Assembly: GCA_019057865.1 (NCBI GenBank)
Contig: JAHLWP010000010.1
Location: forward strand, 32,001 to 96,000
From: Promethearchaeota archaeon
GTDB taxonomy: Archaea > Asgardarchaeota > Lokiarchaeia > Sigyniarchaeales > SOKP01
Direction: 5' to 3'
DNA length: 64,000 nucleotides
The position numbers and the translations under genes are program-made. Shown here one piece after another: positions 61,890-64,000 of the stretch; the stretch's first letter is position 1, and each line of letters starts with the position of its first letter. Under the pieces are notes generated by a model. It searched no databases, was not told the origin of the DNA, and was given only the letters and a program-made list of their open reading frames with translations.

Positions 61890-62257
61890 TCACATTTAAT
61901 ATTTTTTACAGGGATAACTAGATTCTTCTAATGAATTATTTAAAATCCCTTCAATAACTCTAATTCTTCCAAACATAATTTATATTCTCTTTAAATTTCT
62001 TATATCTGGTTATGATACTTCAGTGAGAATATTTACTAATAAATTTTGCCGTAGGCTCCATGCCAAATCGGTATTAGTGATCATCAAGTAAATTGCGCAT
62101 AACCAGGTGTCGTATGGTCTATTTGAATATAATTAAAAAATTTTAAGCTCATTTCTGAAAAGTGAATTTTATAACAATTACTGTAAGAATGATGTGCCTA
62201 TTAAATCTTTAAATACGTATTTTGAGTATTTTCTAATCAATAAATGTCAAAAAAGAA

Positions 62258-62683
62258 TTATTCTTCGATATCTCTTCGCAAGGCGGACATTTGACTTAAA
62301 TATTTTAAATATTCAAGGCCTTTACCTTTAATTTTACGCGTTAAAATTTTTTTTCTTATATCTTTACTTGAAAGTGTTCCATCACCAATTTCTCTAAAGT
62401 TTTGTCTTGTAGTTTGCATATAACCGTCCCATCCTACTATTTCTTTTGAAATATCTTCTTTAGGAGTGTTTTTCATTCCATGTACAGAAACAATACCTTT
62501 ATCAACACTAATTATCGCTGCAAATTCTCCATCTTTTGGATTTAAGAGTATTTTAAAGGTCTCATCTTTGAATTGCTCTTTGAATTTTTCATTATTATTT
62601 AATGATTCATAATTCTTTTTTATAGATTTAACAAACTCATCTTCAATTTCACTACCCATTTCTTGTACTGCCATAAGCATCAA
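62258..62683 (-). CDS. SCP2-like protein
   Basis: A.ISVDKG.V.V...KIKGKG pattern. Confidence 0.55.
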   Translation of the reverse strand: MMLMAVQEMGSEIEDEFVKSIKKNYESLNNNEKFKEQFKDETFKILLNPKDGEFAAIISVDKGIVSVHGMKNTPKEDISKEIVGWDGYMQTTRQNFREIGDGTLSSKDIRKKILTRKIKGKGLEYLKYLSQMSALRRDIEE

Positions 62684-62849
62684 TTTTTCTTTTATTGGAT
62701 TTAATTATGTTTACCAACAAAAATTATTATACGAACATATTTAAATTTTTGACAAATTTATATAAAACTGCAAGAACTTTTTTTATTTTAAAATATTTAA
62801 TAAATAGGGGAAAGTATTCAATTTCGTTTAACTAAAGAAGAATTTAGAT

Positions 62850-63434
62850 TTATTCTTGTTTTTTACTTATGATTTTTATTCTATTTATAATATCCCATTT
62901 TTTCATGAGTTTTACTACACTGGTAGGGAGTAAATGTTCCCATGGCTTACCATTAATCATTGCATCCCGAATATCACTTGAGCTTAATTCTTTTTCTTCC
63001 AAAGAAACTTCCCATAATACGTGGACATTGAGTCCTAGCGATTCTAAATATTTTTTTTTCTGTCTACCCCAATCGTCATAGATCGATAAAAAAAATACGG
63101 CATCCATAGGAACATAATATTTAATAAGTTCAGGTATATTAATCGGAAAAGGTACAATAGAAAACTCGGACAATTTAAATCCTTTTTCCTTAAATATTTC
63201 TCTTATCATCACATAACGTTCATAATAGGACAATGGATTTGCAAGGGGAGTACTACGTTGGGGATTTGTTTTTGAATCTCTTGTTAGAGAAGGATCTGGA
63301 TTTGTGATACCTATTATTAAATGATTACATAAATTTTTTCCAGCTAATAGATATTTCATATGATCATTATGTAATATTTGGAATCGACCATGAATTACAC
63401 CAATATTATATTTAATTTCTTTATCTTGAATCAT
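62850..63434 (-). CDS. Nicotinamide/nicotinate-nucleotide adenylyltransferase-like (cytidylyltransferase fold)
   Basis: GRFQILHNDH, IGITNPD, NPLSYYER, SSSDIR, WEHLLP. Confidence 0.85.
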   Translation of the reverse strand: MIQDKEIKYNIGVIHGRFQILHNDHMKYLLAGKNLCNHLIIGITNPDPSLTRDSKTNPQRSTPLANPLSYYERYVMIREIFKEKGFKLSEFSIVPFPINIPELIKYYVPMDAVFFLSIYDDWGRQKKKYLESLGLNVHVLWEVSLEEKELSSSDIRDAMINGKPWEHLLPTSVVKLMKKWDIINRIKIISKKQE

Positions 63435-63616
63435 AATTATAAGAATATTTTCACGTAATCGTAAGTCAAATAATTCAAAAAATATTAATAATTTTGCTAA
63501 TCAGAAATATCGAGATATTTTAGGGTTATTCACTACATCTTCAGGCTTTTATTATTTATAAATCTGAATATGATATTCAAAATATCGTATAAAACTTTCA
63601 GAATTTTATAATTTAC

Positions 63617-64000
63617 ATGTTGGACTTTAACCTTTTCAAACACAAACTAGGAAGCTATCAAAACTGCGTTCAATATAATCAAGACAGAGTACAGTTTATA
63701 CACGCTAGCGATATTCATCTGGGATCTCATCAATACAGAAATGATTATCGAGCAGACGACTTTGTTCGTGTATTTCAAGAGATACTAGAACTAGCAATTG
63801 CTTATCATGTTGATTTTATATTACTAGGTGGCGATGTATTTACTTCATTGGAAATGCTTCCAGGAAAGCTAGATAAGATTGTTAATATATTAAAAGAATT
63901 TTACCAATATACAAATGAGACAATTTCAATCATTGCAATTGAAGGAAATCATGATATTCGTAAATTTTCTAGAGGGGTACAATTTAAACAGCGGGGGCAA
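63617..64000 (+). CDS. Mre11/SbcD-like metallophosphoesterase, runs off the window
   Basis: Translated by hand: FIHASDIHLG, LLGGDVF, IEGNHD; no stop before 64000. Confidence 0.85.
   Translation, partial: MLDFNLFKHKLGSYQNCVQYNQDRVQFIHASDIHLGSHQYRNDYRADDFVRVFQEILELAIAYHVDFILLGGDVFTSLEMLPGKLDKIVNILKEFYQYTNETISIIAIEGNHDIRKFSRGVQFKQRGQ

Larger units (their letters stand above)
60079..62161. repeat. 31-bp imperfect direct repeat pair (60079-60109 and 62131-62161) bounding a 2-kb segment
   Basis: aattaaaaacttttgagctcatttctaaaaa vs aattaaaaaattttaagctcatttctgaaaa, 28 of 31 identical. Confidence 0.6.

Noticed and set aside
62040-62125. GC-richer intergenic patch as tRNA, 5S rRNA or other ncRNA
   Set aside because: No cloverleaf or 5S motifs on either strand; it reads more like a degenerate coding fragment.
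1-64000. CRISPR array, rRNA, tRNA, intact transposase or integrase
   Set aside because: None recognised by eye; a covariance-model and repeat search would be needed to exclude them formally.

Overview
AT-rich archaeal DNA whose gene content (Alba, ACDS/CODH cdhB-cdhC, many thiolase/DUF35/SCP2/acyl-CoA ligase paralogs, TPR and GNAT expansions, a Loki-CTERM-like sorting tail) points to an Asgard archaeon, most likely Lokiarchaeia (inferred from content, not from a search). The window holds lipid/acyl-CoA catabolic clusters, a GC-richer and partly duplicated amino-acid ABC transporter block, a decayed defence/accessory island (HEPN, Ser/Thr kinase, degenerate ATPase, Type IIG R-M remnant), Wood-Ljungdahl genes and a partial Mre11-like gene. 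Main finding: the thiolase gene at 31111-32460 (minus strand) looks fragmented in the ORF track but is interrupted by three tiny insertions (31, 30 and 29 nt). Each folds with its flanks into a bulge-helix-bulge (BHB) motif, the substrate of the archaeal tRNA splicing endonuclease. Cutting all three at the canonical BHB positions restores one uninterrupted 419-aa thiolase whose stop overlaps the next gene's start (ATGA). This suggests a multi-intron, four-exon protein-coding gene spliced by tRNA-type machinery. Splicing is inferred from sequence only and needs RNA evidence.
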